Assembly: GCA_965263275.1 (NCBI GenBank) | Contig: OZ253668.1 | Span: forward strand, 1,756,857-1,820,856 | From: Thermodesulfobacteriota bacterium | GTDB taxonomy: Bacteria > Desulfobacterota_D > UBA1144 > Nemesobacterales > Nemesobacteraceae | Length of the DNA stretch: 64,000 nt | Reading direction: 5' to 3' | Notes under the pieces: generated by a model | Told to the model about the DNA's origin: nothing | The model's database searches: none | What the model saw: the letters and a program-made list of their open reading frames with translations, nothing else | Part shown: in pieces, positions 46,816 through 55,151 of the stretch | Numbering within the stretch: position 1 is the stretch's first letter | How the letters are laid out: every line of letters starts with the position of its first letter | Made by a program: the position numbers and the translations under genes

Positions 46816-47544
46816 CTAGGATTGCGGTTCGTGACTGAAGTGGATTCCGCATTCTTTGTCCGAGTCCTGCTCCCACCACCACCTTCCTGCCCTTGGATCT
46901 TCCCCCTCCTCGATCGCTCTCGTGCAGGGAGCGCATCCTATGCTTGTATATCCCATGTCGTGAAGCTTGTTATAAGGGACGTCGTTTTTCCTTACGTAAT
47001 CCCATACCTCATCAGTAGTCCAGTCGAGAATCGGGTTTATCTTGAGCATTCTTCCGTGCAGATAGTCAATTTCAAACTTGCTTGAGTCAGCCCGCTGCTG
47101 CGTCTGGTCTGCCCGTATAGATGTAATCCAAGCGTCAAGGGTTTTTAAAAATCCGTTTAGCGGGTTGGTTTTTCTCACCTGGCAGCAGAGCCTTCTGTTC
47201 TCAACGCTTTTGTAAAAAAGATTCACCCCGTGGCTGGTTACCATTTCCTCTACTTCGGCCGCGCCGGGGAAAAGCACCTCGATATTGATGTTGTACTTCT
47301 CTCTTGTTTTTTCCATGGCATCGTATGTATGCGAATGAAGCCTTCCGGTATCAAGAGTGAAGACTCTCGCTTTGGGGTCTGTTTTTGCGAACATGTCAAC
47401 AAGCACCATCCCCTGAACCTGAAAACTGGTCGCAAGCGCCACCGAGGAATCGAGGTTCTCCGAAGCCCAGGCGAGGATATCCTGGGGAGAACTTCGCTCA
47501 AACTCGCGATTAAGGCTTTTTACATCTTCTTCTGAGAATTTCAT
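46816..47544 (-). CDS. cysH: Adenylylsulfate/phosphoadenylylsulfate reductase (Fe-S type CysH)
   Basis: PAPS-reductase fold (…SFQVQGMVLVDM…). Cys pairs RRLCCQVRK and GCAPCT (4Fe-4S of APS reductases). C-terminal KECGIH catalytic motif. Confidence 0.85.
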   Translation of the reverse strand: MKFSEEDVKSLNREFERSSPQDILAWASENLDSSVALATSFQVQGMVLVDMFAKTDPKARVFTLDTGRLHSHTYDAMEKTREKYNINIEVLFPGAAEVEEMVTSHGVNLFYKSVENRRLCCQVRKTNPLNGFLKTLDAWITSIRADQTQQRADSSKFEIDYLHGRMLKINPILDWTTDEVWDYVRKNDVPYNKLHDMGYTSIGCAPCTRAIEEGEDPRAGRWWWEQDSDKECGIHFSHEPQS

Positions 47545-48552
47545 CTAACCGAGAAAACTTAGATACGACGACAAACCGTACTTTACGTATATGAGGGATA
47601 CGTAATAACTTACCCCAACCGTTACCACAGGAACAACAAACCAGAAGAAACCGATTTTGACAACATGACTGTTCTTGGAAGTCTCGGCGAATCCATGCTG
47701 CGCGCACGAGAACCCAACCACTCCGGCCGTGACTATTTCGACGATCGAAACGGGAACTCCGTGCAACGAGGCAAGCAGTATTATCACGGCGGCCGTAAGC
47801 TCAACCGAGATAGCCCTTATGATGCATATCTCCGTTATCTTTTTTCCAAGCGTCTCAAGAACCCTGCCTCCGAGGAGAATCGCGCCCACTCCCATCGCAA
47901 CGCCGGCAAGAATCGCGCCCGGATAAGAATCTATAAGCCCCAGACTCACTATGGGACCGATGGCGTTTGCGGAATTGTTCGCACCTCCCGAAAATGCAAT
48001 AAACGTTCCGGATATGGTGATGAGAATGGTCAGGATAAAGTTAACTTTTTTTTCCGAGAAGTTATTTGCGAGATAGAGGACTATCTTGAAGTAAAAAAAC
48101 TTTGCCACGGCGAAATTTATTACCCATGCTACTATGGGCGCCACGATCCACCATTTGAGCACCCGGAGGAAACTGCCGGAATCAAGCGTCTGGGTATAAA
48201 GACCGATCCCGACTATGGCGCATACTATGGCGTGTGTAGTGGAGATGGGTGTGCGCACCACGTTCGCCCAGGTGATGAAACCTATTCCCAGAAGCAGGAT
48301 TATAAATATGAAGCCTATGTCGGAGGAGAGAGTTTCGGCGGGCACTATTCCCTTGCCCACGGTTTCGACCACTGGAGCTCCGGCCGTAAGTGCCCCGAGA
48401 AGGGCGAAGATCGCTATGAGCCATACGGCCTGTCTCTTCGATCTTACCCCGGCGCCGTATGAAGTCGCCATGGACGCCGCGGAATTGTTGGCTCCTATGT
48501 TAAGGGCCAAAAATCCCGAAAGTACGAGTATTACAACCAGCAAAGTGCTCAA
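47545..48552 (-). CDS. PiT-family (PHO4) permease, probable sulfate permease CysP-like
   Basis: 335 aa, around 10 TM. Duplicated GANNSA(N/A)A motifs (GANNSAASMATSYGAG and GGANNSANAIGPIV) typical of the PiT family. Start abuts the cysH stop, as in B. subtilis cysH-cysP. Confidence 0.7.
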   Translation of the reverse strand: MSTLLVVILVLSGFLALNIGANNSAASMATSYGAGVRSKRQAVWLIAIFALLGALTAGAPVVETVGKGIVPAETLSSDIGFIFIILLLGIGFITWANVVRTPISTTHAIVCAIVGIGLYTQTLDSGSFLRVLKWWIVAPIVAWVINFAVAKFFYFKIVLYLANNFSEKKVNFILTILITISGTFIAFSGGANNSANAIGPIVSLGLIDSYPGAILAGVAMGVGAILLGGRVLETLGKKITEICIIRAISVELTAAVIILLASLHGVPVSIVEIVTAGVVGFSCAQHGFAETSKNSHVVKIGFFWFVVPVVTVGVSYYVSLIYVKYGLSSYLSFLG

Positions 48553-48653
48553 TGAGCTGTCTCCACGCCTAAAATGTCAGCGGCAATAATTACGTAAAAA
48601 CTGAATAACATTCCGGTTTGTGCGAAAAACAAAAGGGTTTTGCGAGGTGTTCT

Positions 48654-49196
48654 CTAGAGAAGTTCCGAAACCCTGAATATGGAAAAAAAGCTACAGCCCC
48701 GCTCAAGGAAAGTTTTTTCCGTTTCCTCTCCCCTGTCAACGACGCAAAGAACCCTGCAGACGCTGGCTCCCGTGGACTCGGCAAGATCAATAGCTCTTAG
48801 CACGGAACCGCCGGTCGTAATCACGTCCTCTACTATGGCTACCCTGTCTCCCTGAGAGAGTCCGCCCTCTATCATGTTTCCGGTACCGTGTTCCTTCTCC
48901 TTCTTTCTTACTATGAACCCGCGAAGCGGCATGTCCTCCGCAAAACTTCTGGAGATAATCGCGCCCACCATGGGATCGGCACCCGAGGATGGTCCTCCTA
49001 CGGCCGTTACGCCGCCCTGTGCGGCGATATCACCCAGAAATATTTCTGATATCAAATTCGCGCCTTCGGGATTCAGAGTCGTGAGCCTGGCGTCAATGTA
49101 ATAGGAACTCTGCTTTCCTGATGCCAAAGTGAAATTTCCGAGCAGGATTGATTTGCTCCTTAGAATTAGTTTTAATTTTTCCCTGCTCTTGTTCAT
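48654..49196 (-). CDS. pyrE: Orotate phosphoribosyltransferase
   Basis: …LLGNFTLASGKQSSYYIDAR…, PRPP-binding motif VAIVEDVITTGGSVL. Start at internal M (MNKSREKLK) gives about 181 aa. The track ORF over-extends to 49412. Confidence 0.88.
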   Translation of the reverse strand: MNKSREKLKLILRSKSILLGNFTLASGKQSSYYIDARLTTLNPEGANLISEIFLGDIAAQGGVTAVGGPSSGADPMVGAIISRSFAEDMPLRGFIVRKKEKEHGTGNMIEGGLSQGDRVAIVEDVITTGGSVLRAIDLAESTGASVCRVLCVVDRGEETEKTFLERGCSFFSIFRVSELL

Positions 49197-49236
49197 CTTC
49201 CGGAGTTCCGAGCCGAATGAAACTTTATTCTTGTAA

Positions 49237-50667
49237 TTGTACCCATTGATGCAAAAAATCAATAAACCGAACCGACTCCTTCTCCTGTGCGGAACCGCCG
49301 TTTTTCTCCTGCTTGGGGCTATTGCGAAAATCTCCCCGCAACTCTCCTCAGAGGCTTTTGAAAAAGATCTGATACCAGTTTTCATATCGCTTCTGGTTGT
49401 CGCCTCGGTCATTTACTTCGTGGCGGTGGGAAGTTTCAGAAAAAACCGCGCATGCTCGCTTCTTCTCATAGTTCTTTTCGGTCTCGGGTTCCGGGTTCTG
49501 TTTCTGTTTTCGACCCCGATACTTGAAAACGATTTTCACCGCTACTTCTGGGACGGCGCCGTTCTTGCAAACGGGATGAATCCCTACGAGCACTCGCCAA
49601 AGGAAGCGGTGGAGGATGGAGGGAGCGAAAAACTCAAAGAACTAAAGCGCCTCTACGGCGATACGCTTGAAAAAATAAACCACCCGCACGTGAAAACCAT
49701 TTATCCGCCGGTTGCGGAATTCTTCTTCGCCGTATCCTACAAAATATCCTCCATGAGTCTTACCGGGTGGAGAATTATGCTTATAGTGTTTGATCTGGCC
49801 ACGCTCGCGCTTTTGTTTGCGAGCCTGAAAAAACTTAACATTCCCCTTCAAAGTTCCCTTATCTACTGGTGGAACCCGCTTCTGGCAAAGGAAATATTCA
49901 ACTCCGTGCACATGGACGTCCTGGCGCTTCCGTTCGTACTGGGAGCGATACTTCTTTTTCTTTGCGGAAGGAAAAGGCTCTGGATGCTTGCACTCTCGCT
50001 TGCGGTGGGAGTTAAGCTCTGGCCTGCGCTTCTTTTCGGAATGTTTTTAAAACCCATTCGGGAGAAGCGTGAAACGCTTTTGCAGACCCTTGTTTTCGCC
50101 GCCGCGCTTTTAATCATACTTCTTCCCACGTTTGCGTTTAAACTGGATCCGGCTTCCGGGATCGTGGCGTATGGAAAGAGCTGGCAGAACAACAGTCCGT
50201 TCTTCACGACGATTCTTTCGGGATGGGAATTCGTTCTGGAGGCGCTTGGCATTCACCCCGGACACGCGCAGATGCACTCAAGAGCCAGCATAATCATGCT
50301 TCTTTTTGGCTGGAAGTTCTACGTGGCTTTTGCAAGCGGGTCTTTTGGCATCCACAGAAAAGCCCTTCTCATAATCGGAGGCGCGTTTCTGCTGAGCCCG
50401 GCGCAGTTCCCCTGGTACTACACGTGGCTTCTTCCGTTTCTCTGCATAGCTCCGAGCCCGGGTTTCCTTGCCCTCACTGCGTTGCTTCCGCTTTATTATC
50501 TCCAGTATTATTTTCCTTCTCCTGCCGGGGAAGCTGGAATATTCGGAAACGCGGTGGTATGGATAGAGTTTGCGCCCGTATGGGCGTTGCTTGCCTGGGA
50601 ATGGTGGAGGTTCCGGTCTTCGAAAAAAGTCTCGGCTGCCTATGCGGGTACCGCTGAGGGAGGCTGA
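49237..50667 (+). CDS. Polytopic membrane protein, DUF2029/GT87-like (putative glycosyl/mannosyltransferase)
   Basis: 476 aa, more than 10 TM. Conserved loop DFHRYFWDGAVLANGMNPYEHSP and a periplasmic-loop architecture reminiscent of the GT87/PMT-like family. Confidence 0.4.
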   Translation: MYPLMQKINKPNRLLLLCGTAVFLLLGAIAKISPQLSSEAFEKDLIPVFISLLVVASVIYFVAVGSFRKNRACSLLLIVLFGLGFRVLFLFSTPILENDFHRYFWDGAVLANGMNPYEHSPKEAVEDGGSEKLKELKRLYGDTLEKINHPHVKTIYPPVAEFFFAVSYKISSMSLTGWRIMLIVFDLATLALLFASLKKLNIPLQSSLIYWWNPLLAKEIFNSVHMDVLALPFVLGAILLFLCGRKRLWMLALSLAVGVKLWPALLFGMFLKPIREKRETLLQTLVFAAALLIILLPTFAFKLDPASGIVAYGKSWQNNSPFFTTILSGWEFVLEALGIHPGHAQMHSRASIIMLLFGWKFYVAFASGSFGIHRKALLIIGGAFLLSPAQFPWYYTWLLPFLCIAPSPGFLALTALLPLYYLQYYFPSPAGEAGIFGNAVVWIEFAPVWALLAWEWWRFRSSKKVSAAYAGTAEGG

Positions 50668-50706
50668 GAGCGCGAACCGTCCGGGTTGCGGGGGAACAGG
50701 GGTTTG

Positions 50707-52062
50707 TTACTGGACCGAAATTCTGCTTTGTATGGCGTCTCTTACGGTCTTGTAATCGTTTGGAAGTTCCACCGGAGCGTTTCTCAGCTCAGACGATATC
50801 CCCTCAAGGACTGACTTATGGTAGCCGGCTTTGAACTCCACGAACTTCAGTCCGTGAGCGGTGGAAACGACCACTATTTTTTCCTTCGGGGAAAGAACCT
50901 TTTTCTTAAGAAGTTTCAAAAACACCGCGAGCGCGACTCCGGTATGGGGACAGTTAAAGGTGCCCGTTCTGTCCGCCATTGCCGAGGCGTGGGAGAGTTC
51001 GTCTTCCGATGCCTGTTCAACGACTCCGTCGAATCGCCTGAGAATCGAAATCGCTTTGTTGATGCTTACGGGGTTTCCGATCTGTATGGCGTTTGCGAGG
51101 GTTTTTTTCGCTCTTACCGGGACAAATTCGCTGAAGCCCTTAAGGAAGCTCAGGTAAAGAGGGTTTGCGTTCTGCGCCTGCGCGCAAACTATTCTCGGAA
51201 GTTTTTTTATGAGACCGAGGTCATACATCATCAAAAATCCCTTTCCGAGCGCGGACACGTTGCCGAGGTTGCCGCCCGGAATTATCACCCAGTCCGGAAC
51301 TTCCCAGTTAAACTGCTGGCAAAGTTCTATGCTTATCGTTTTCTGCCCCTCTATGCGCAGGGAGTTAATGGAATTTGCGAGATAGATATTATGCTCGCTC
51401 GTGATTCTCTGGACCATCTCCATGCAGCCGTCAAAATCGGTGTCCAGGGAAAGAACCAGGGACCCGTTCGAGATGGGCTGAATCAGCTGAGCAATGGATA
51501 CCTTGTCTTTGGGAAGAAAAACTATTGAGGGAATGCCTGCTGACGCGCAGTAGGCGGCCAAGGCAGCCGAGGTGTCCCCTGTTGAGGCGCAGGCGACCGC
51601 CGGGATGCTCATATTGTCGCTTATCATCTGGTTTACGGCCGAAACAAGCACGGTCATCCCCAGATCCTTAAAGGATCCCGTGTGGCTGTTGCCGCACATC
51701 TTTATCCAGAGATCCTCAACGCCGACGTGTTTTCCCAGCCTCTCGGCCCAGAAAAGATTCGTGCATCCCTCGTACATTGAAACTATGTTTTCGTTTTCAA
51801 TAGAGGGCAGTACCCACTCCTTTTTCCCCCAGACTCCGCTTCCAAAAGGCCAGGACTGCTTTCTGTATCTGCTGTCGAAAAGCTCTCTCCACTGCTCGGG
51901 CGTTTTTTGCCCGAGAGTTTCCATGTCGTGCTGAACGTCGAGAAGGTTGTTGCACTTCCTGCATCTGTAGATGATCTCATCAAGGGGATAGGTCTCAGAG
52001 CAATTCTCGTCGATGCATCTGAAATGGGCTCGGTATTCACTCATCAAGCTAACAAGGTACAT
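50707..52062 (-). CDS. thrC: Threonine synthase (long form with N-terminal Zn-ribbon)
   Basis: [26 protein letters not shown] (Zn ribbon). PLP lysine region FKDLGMT. 451 aa. Confidence 0.9.
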   Translation of the reverse strand: MYLVSLMSEYRAHFRCIDENCSETYPLDEIIYRCRKCNNLLDVQHDMETLGQKTPEQWRELFDSRYRKQSWPFGSGVWGKKEWVLPSIENENIVSMYEGCTNLFWAERLGKHVGVEDLWIKMCGNSHTGSFKDLGMTVLVSAVNQMISDNMSIPAVACASTGDTSAALAAYCASAGIPSIVFLPKDKVSIAQLIQPISNGSLVLSLDTDFDGCMEMVQRITSEHNIYLANSINSLRIEGQKTISIELCQQFNWEVPDWVIIPGGNLGNVSALGKGFLMMYDLGLIKKLPRIVCAQAQNANPLYLSFLKGFSEFVPVRAKKTLANAIQIGNPVSINKAISILRRFDGVVEQASEDELSHASAMADRTGTFNCPHTGVALAVFLKLLKKKVLSPKEKIVVVSTAHGLKFVEFKAGYHKSVLEGISSELRNAPVELPNDYKTVRDAIQSRISVQ

Positions 52063-52326
52063 TTTGCCTTTTTTTCTGTCAACGCCTTGTAGACCCTACG
52101 CCAAATTTTCCATCGCTTTGAGGTTTAAGGGTTTGTGTTTTTAATTAGCTGTAGCGCTGAGCAAGAAAGAACCTAAATTTTTGGCACTCCCGAGAAAAAA
52201 GGGTGGAGTGAAGCGAAAGCATTTGGTGGATATGTCCACGTGCTGTTGCCGATGGAAACAGATTTCGGGACGCTGTCGCGGCCGTATTCTCGGCACATCG
52301 TCAATCATAAGATTCCCTAAAAAACC

Positions 52327-52356
52327 TTGACTCTGAGCCGATTTTGAGTTTAGAAT
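52327..52356 (+). promoter_or_regulatory. Sigma70-like promoter for A1 (SRCR protein gene)
   Basis: TTGACT (52327-52332), 18-nt spacer, TAGAAT (52351-52356). AAGGAGG RBS before ATG 52446. Confidence 0.45.
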
Positions 52357-52445
52357 AGGAACAAACGGTTGGTTGTTACTTACTGATCATTGCAAGAGCG
52401 GGAAGATCAATCGGCGGGGGTTTGTAACTATTGAAGGAGGTCTTA

Positions 52446-53324
52446 ATGATGAAAGGAGTAAAATGTATTGGAAAGGCAGTTCTGATTATGGCCGTGTTTT
52501 TTCTTTTTGGTTCCGGGAATGTCTCGGCGGCAGAGGAGAATACCGTTCAGACTCTGTGGTCGGCAACTATGACGGTAGGCAAACACTATTCCACTAAGGA
52601 GGGTAGGGATCTCTACGGATATTACGGTGGTAACACCCCAGCCGCTGGCGCTCTCACCAGCGACACTTTCAGTTACAACGGTGATGAATACAAGGTTTAC
52701 GAGATCGATAAGATCGGTAATATCGTAGTGTTGGGTTTTCGGTCTGGTGGTGGTGCTGGTTATGAAATTTTAAAGACGGAATCGATTGAAAAGAACAAAA
52801 CTTTTTATCTGAATATCGGGAATTCCGTGGAACTTGATTTCAGGGACCGGGTCATCCCTACCGAGGAAGACGATGAAGACTATTTTTTGCACGAGAGTGA
52901 GATACGGCGCAACTGGTTAAACCAGAGATATAACTGGAGCGAAGGTCAGCAAGTCAGTGTAAGCATAACCACCAAAGCTCTTGACGGAGGTCTCAGGCTG
53001 CCTCCCGATGGCAATGGAACAAGCGGGGAATTAGGCATATTTGATGACCCCAATAACGATGGTACTGGGCAGTGGGAGAGAATATGCGATGACAATTGGG
53101 GTGATACGGACGCGGAGGTTGCGTGCAGCCAGTTAGGCCTCTCTGGGGGCACTGCGACAATCGGAATACGGAATGCATCCATGACCACCGCAGAAACCTT
53201 CTTGCTGGACGAGGTAATATGCGATGGCACGGAAGACAGGGTAATTGACTGTCCTCATGACGGCCGTGGCGTGCACGATTGCGCTGCGTGGGAAATTGCC
53301 GGGGTTACTTGTACTTCCCCTTAA
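52446..53324 (+). CDS. Secreted protein with C-terminal SRCR (scavenger receptor cysteine-rich) domain, copy A1
   Basis: Signal peptide MMKGVKCIGKAVLIMAVFFLFGSGNVSA. C-terminal …GQWERICDDNWGDTDAEVACSQLGLSGG…ETFLLDEVICDGTEDRVIDCPHDGRGVHDCAAWEIAGVTCT reproduces the SRCR consensus …GxWGTVCDDxW…A.VVCRQLG…CxGxE…L..C.H…H.C.H.EDAGV.C. Confidence 0.75.
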   Translation: MMKGVKCIGKAVLIMAVFFLFGSGNVSAAEENTVQTLWSATMTVGKHYSTKEGRDLYGYYGGNTPAAGALTSDTFSYNGDEYKVYEIDKIGNIVVLGFRSGGGAGYEILKTESIEKNKTFYLNIGNSVELDFRDRVIPTEEDDEDYFLHESEIRRNWLNQRYNWSEGQQVSVSITTKALDGGLRLPPDGNGTSGELGIFDDPNNDGTGQWERICDDNWGDTDAEVACSQLGLSGGTATIGIRNASMTTAETFLLDEVICDGTEDRVIDCPHDGRGVHDCAAWEIAGVTCTSP

Positions 53325-53352
53325 ACCATTTCAATAAAACTTGGGAGTTAAG

Positions 53353-54579
53353 ATGAATATGAACAGATTATTAAGACTGGCGGTATTTCTATGTGTTCTT
53401 GCGGTTGTATTCTCTGATGGACGCATTGCTGTGGCCAGTGACGTTCCCGGGCGTATAACGGCCGGGGAAGTTACGGATGATGAGAGCCTGATGAAAAACT
53501 TCGTTGAATACGCGGCGGGACGTCTTCAGGACTCTGCCAGCTTTGCGGATGCGTTAAATCTGCTATACGATTTCAGGAAGGTCGGGGGAGACTGGAATGA
53601 AGATTCCACGTACCTGATTCTTCTCTCAAGAAATGGGGGAGTGTACCTTCACGGGAGGAACAGGGAGCTTGAAGATCAGGACTGGTCTGATCTTCAGGAC
53701 GCAACGGGGGAAGATGTCGGGCAGAAGTTCCTGCAGGGCGGTTCTGTTGAGTATTACGGAGAAGGAGATCAGAGTTCCAGAGTGAGTTACGCATTTCCGT
53801 TTTCTGCTCCCCATATTCCTTTTGCGAACCCGGATGAACCTAAGTTCGTGCTGGTCGGGGGTTTTGATTACGAGCCTGAGCCCGAAGATTTTGGAGGAGC
53901 GGAAGTTTCTTGCGGGGAGTTTTTTGCTTCTTATGGTTTGCAGCAGGGGCTGTGTCCAACTGTGGGTGCCAGAGATGTGAGCACCCTTGATGACCTGAAG
54001 GTGTTTGTGGATGAGGCAAGGCATTTTTTTACAGCGGCCTTGGTAGCCCCGCAAATTGATCCCGTGCTATTGCGCAGGATATTCAGGCTTGATGGGCCGT
54101 GGAAACATGTCTCCACTTACATTTATATTATGGATGATACGGGCAGGGTGATATTTAACGGTGCGAATAGAGACATTGAGCAGATGGATTTATGGAACAA
54201 CGAGGACAACAACGGGGATAAATTCATTCAGGAACTTATTGCCACTGCGGGGACGGGTGAGACTGTGGAATATAATTGGGAGAATCCGGCTGTGGAAGGA
54301 GACGGTGAAGGCGCTGGTCCTGGAGGCGATTCACCCAAGCTGGGCTACACGATAAGGATCCCTGTTCCGGTTGAGGAAGAGGGCGAGACGAAGAGAAATT
54401 CAAGCCGTGTCTACATTTTTGGTTCGGGAATTTATTTTGGAGAACAGGATGGGCAGTCCAGTGGTGAAGGTTGTGTGATCGCCGGTGCTGAGGATACCAT
54501 TCAAAACGGTTTGTTGAGTTTGTTCTTAATCCTATCTGCGTTGCTTTTGGCAGTTTCATTAAAAAGACGTTCAGTTTGA
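53353..54579 (+). CDS. Secreted protein with two tandem sCache_2-like domains and a C-terminal hydrophobic anchor plus basic tail, copy A2
   Basis: Signal peptide MNMNRLLRLAVFLCVLAVVFS. Two internal repeats (…STYLILLSRNGGVYLHGRNRELE…GGSVEYY… and …STYIYIMDDTGRVIFNGANRDIE…GETVEYNWENP…) fit the single-Cache pattern. Ends …DTIQNGLLSLFLILSALLLAVSLKRRSV. Confidence 0.55.
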   Translation: MNMNRLLRLAVFLCVLAVVFSDGRIAVASDVPGRITAGEVTDDESLMKNFVEYAAGRLQDSASFADALNLLYDFRKVGGDWNEDSTYLILLSRNGGVYLHGRNRELEDQDWSDLQDATGEDVGQKFLQGGSVEYYGEGDQSSRVSYAFPFSAPHIPFANPDEPKFVLVGGFDYEPEPEDFGGAEVSCGEFFASYGLQQGLCPTVGARDVSTLDDLKVFVDEARHFFTAALVAPQIDPVLLRRIFRLDGPWKHVSTYIYIMDDTGRVIFNGANRDIEQMDLWNNEDNNGDKFIQELIATAGTGETVEYNWENPAVEGDGEGAGPGGDSPKLGYTIRIPVPVEEEGETKRNSSRVYIFGSGIYFGEQDGQSSGEGCVIAGAEDTIQNGLLSLFLILSALLLAVSLKRRSV

Positions 54580-54812
54580 AAATAGCTGGTAGTGCTTGAA
54601 TTTGCGAAAGATTTAAAACGGTGCGTCAAGCTAGCTGACATAATATCAGGGTAGCCTGTGAGAGTAACTGCCCTGATATTATGTTGTGCGTCTCTTCATC
54701 CGCGGTCTAGACGGAGTGGCAGTGCTTGCTGTCCAAGCGAGCAGCAAGAAAACTTCGTATCCGTAGCACTGAGTCACTTCTCTCTTTCTTTGGGGCTGTC
54801 TGGACCCCCCCC
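54580..54812 (+). ncRNA. Conserved structured non-coding element (copy 1) downstream of A2, candidate sRNA or structured 3' UTR
   Basis: Collinear with 60137-60362. Contains a long hairpin (cataatatcaggg…ccctgatattatg) and a second hairpin (cttgctg-tccaagcgag-cagcaag). The small ORFs the track calls here change frame between the two copies while the nucleotides stay conserved, which argues for RNA rather than protein. Confidence 0.4.
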
Positions 54813-55151
54813 GATACCCTTTATCAAGCTTGATTTAGCGGAAATTTTAAAACCAAGTTAAGTTGAAATTCACGGGCCACTCGATCGAGAGCTACCTGCC
54901 CCCCCTGCGCCTCTGAGCGCCTACTGGGGACTTGTGCCTCGGTCGAGTGCCGTGATGAATGATGTCCAGTAGGACTTTCTACCATTAATCAAATCAAAAA
55001 ACAATAAAAATTAAAGAATCGGGTGTGGCTGCAATCCCGCTTGATCTACAGACTTACATGGGATATTCGCGGCATTTGCCTTTAACCTCTCCTTCGTCTC
55101 GTTGGCAAGTCCAGGCAGTTATCAGTCGATCTATGTTTCTATAAGTCCTCC

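Larger units (their letters stand above)
51715..54812. repeat. Segmental duplication, copy 1 (thrC 5' part - A1 - A2 - conserved nc element)
   Basis: Collinear with 58173-60362. The thrC portion is near-identical by eye, the SRCR 3' half and nc element are highly similar, and the N-terminal halves and upstream spacer are diverged. Confidence 0.8.

Noticed and set aside
54658-54861. Small ORFs (67 aa and 61 aa; the second at 60206-60391) inside the conserved non-coding element
   Set aside because: The two copies share their start but shift frame after about 26 codons because of a 1-nt indel, while the nucleotide sequence stays conserved. That argues for a non-coding element, not a protein.
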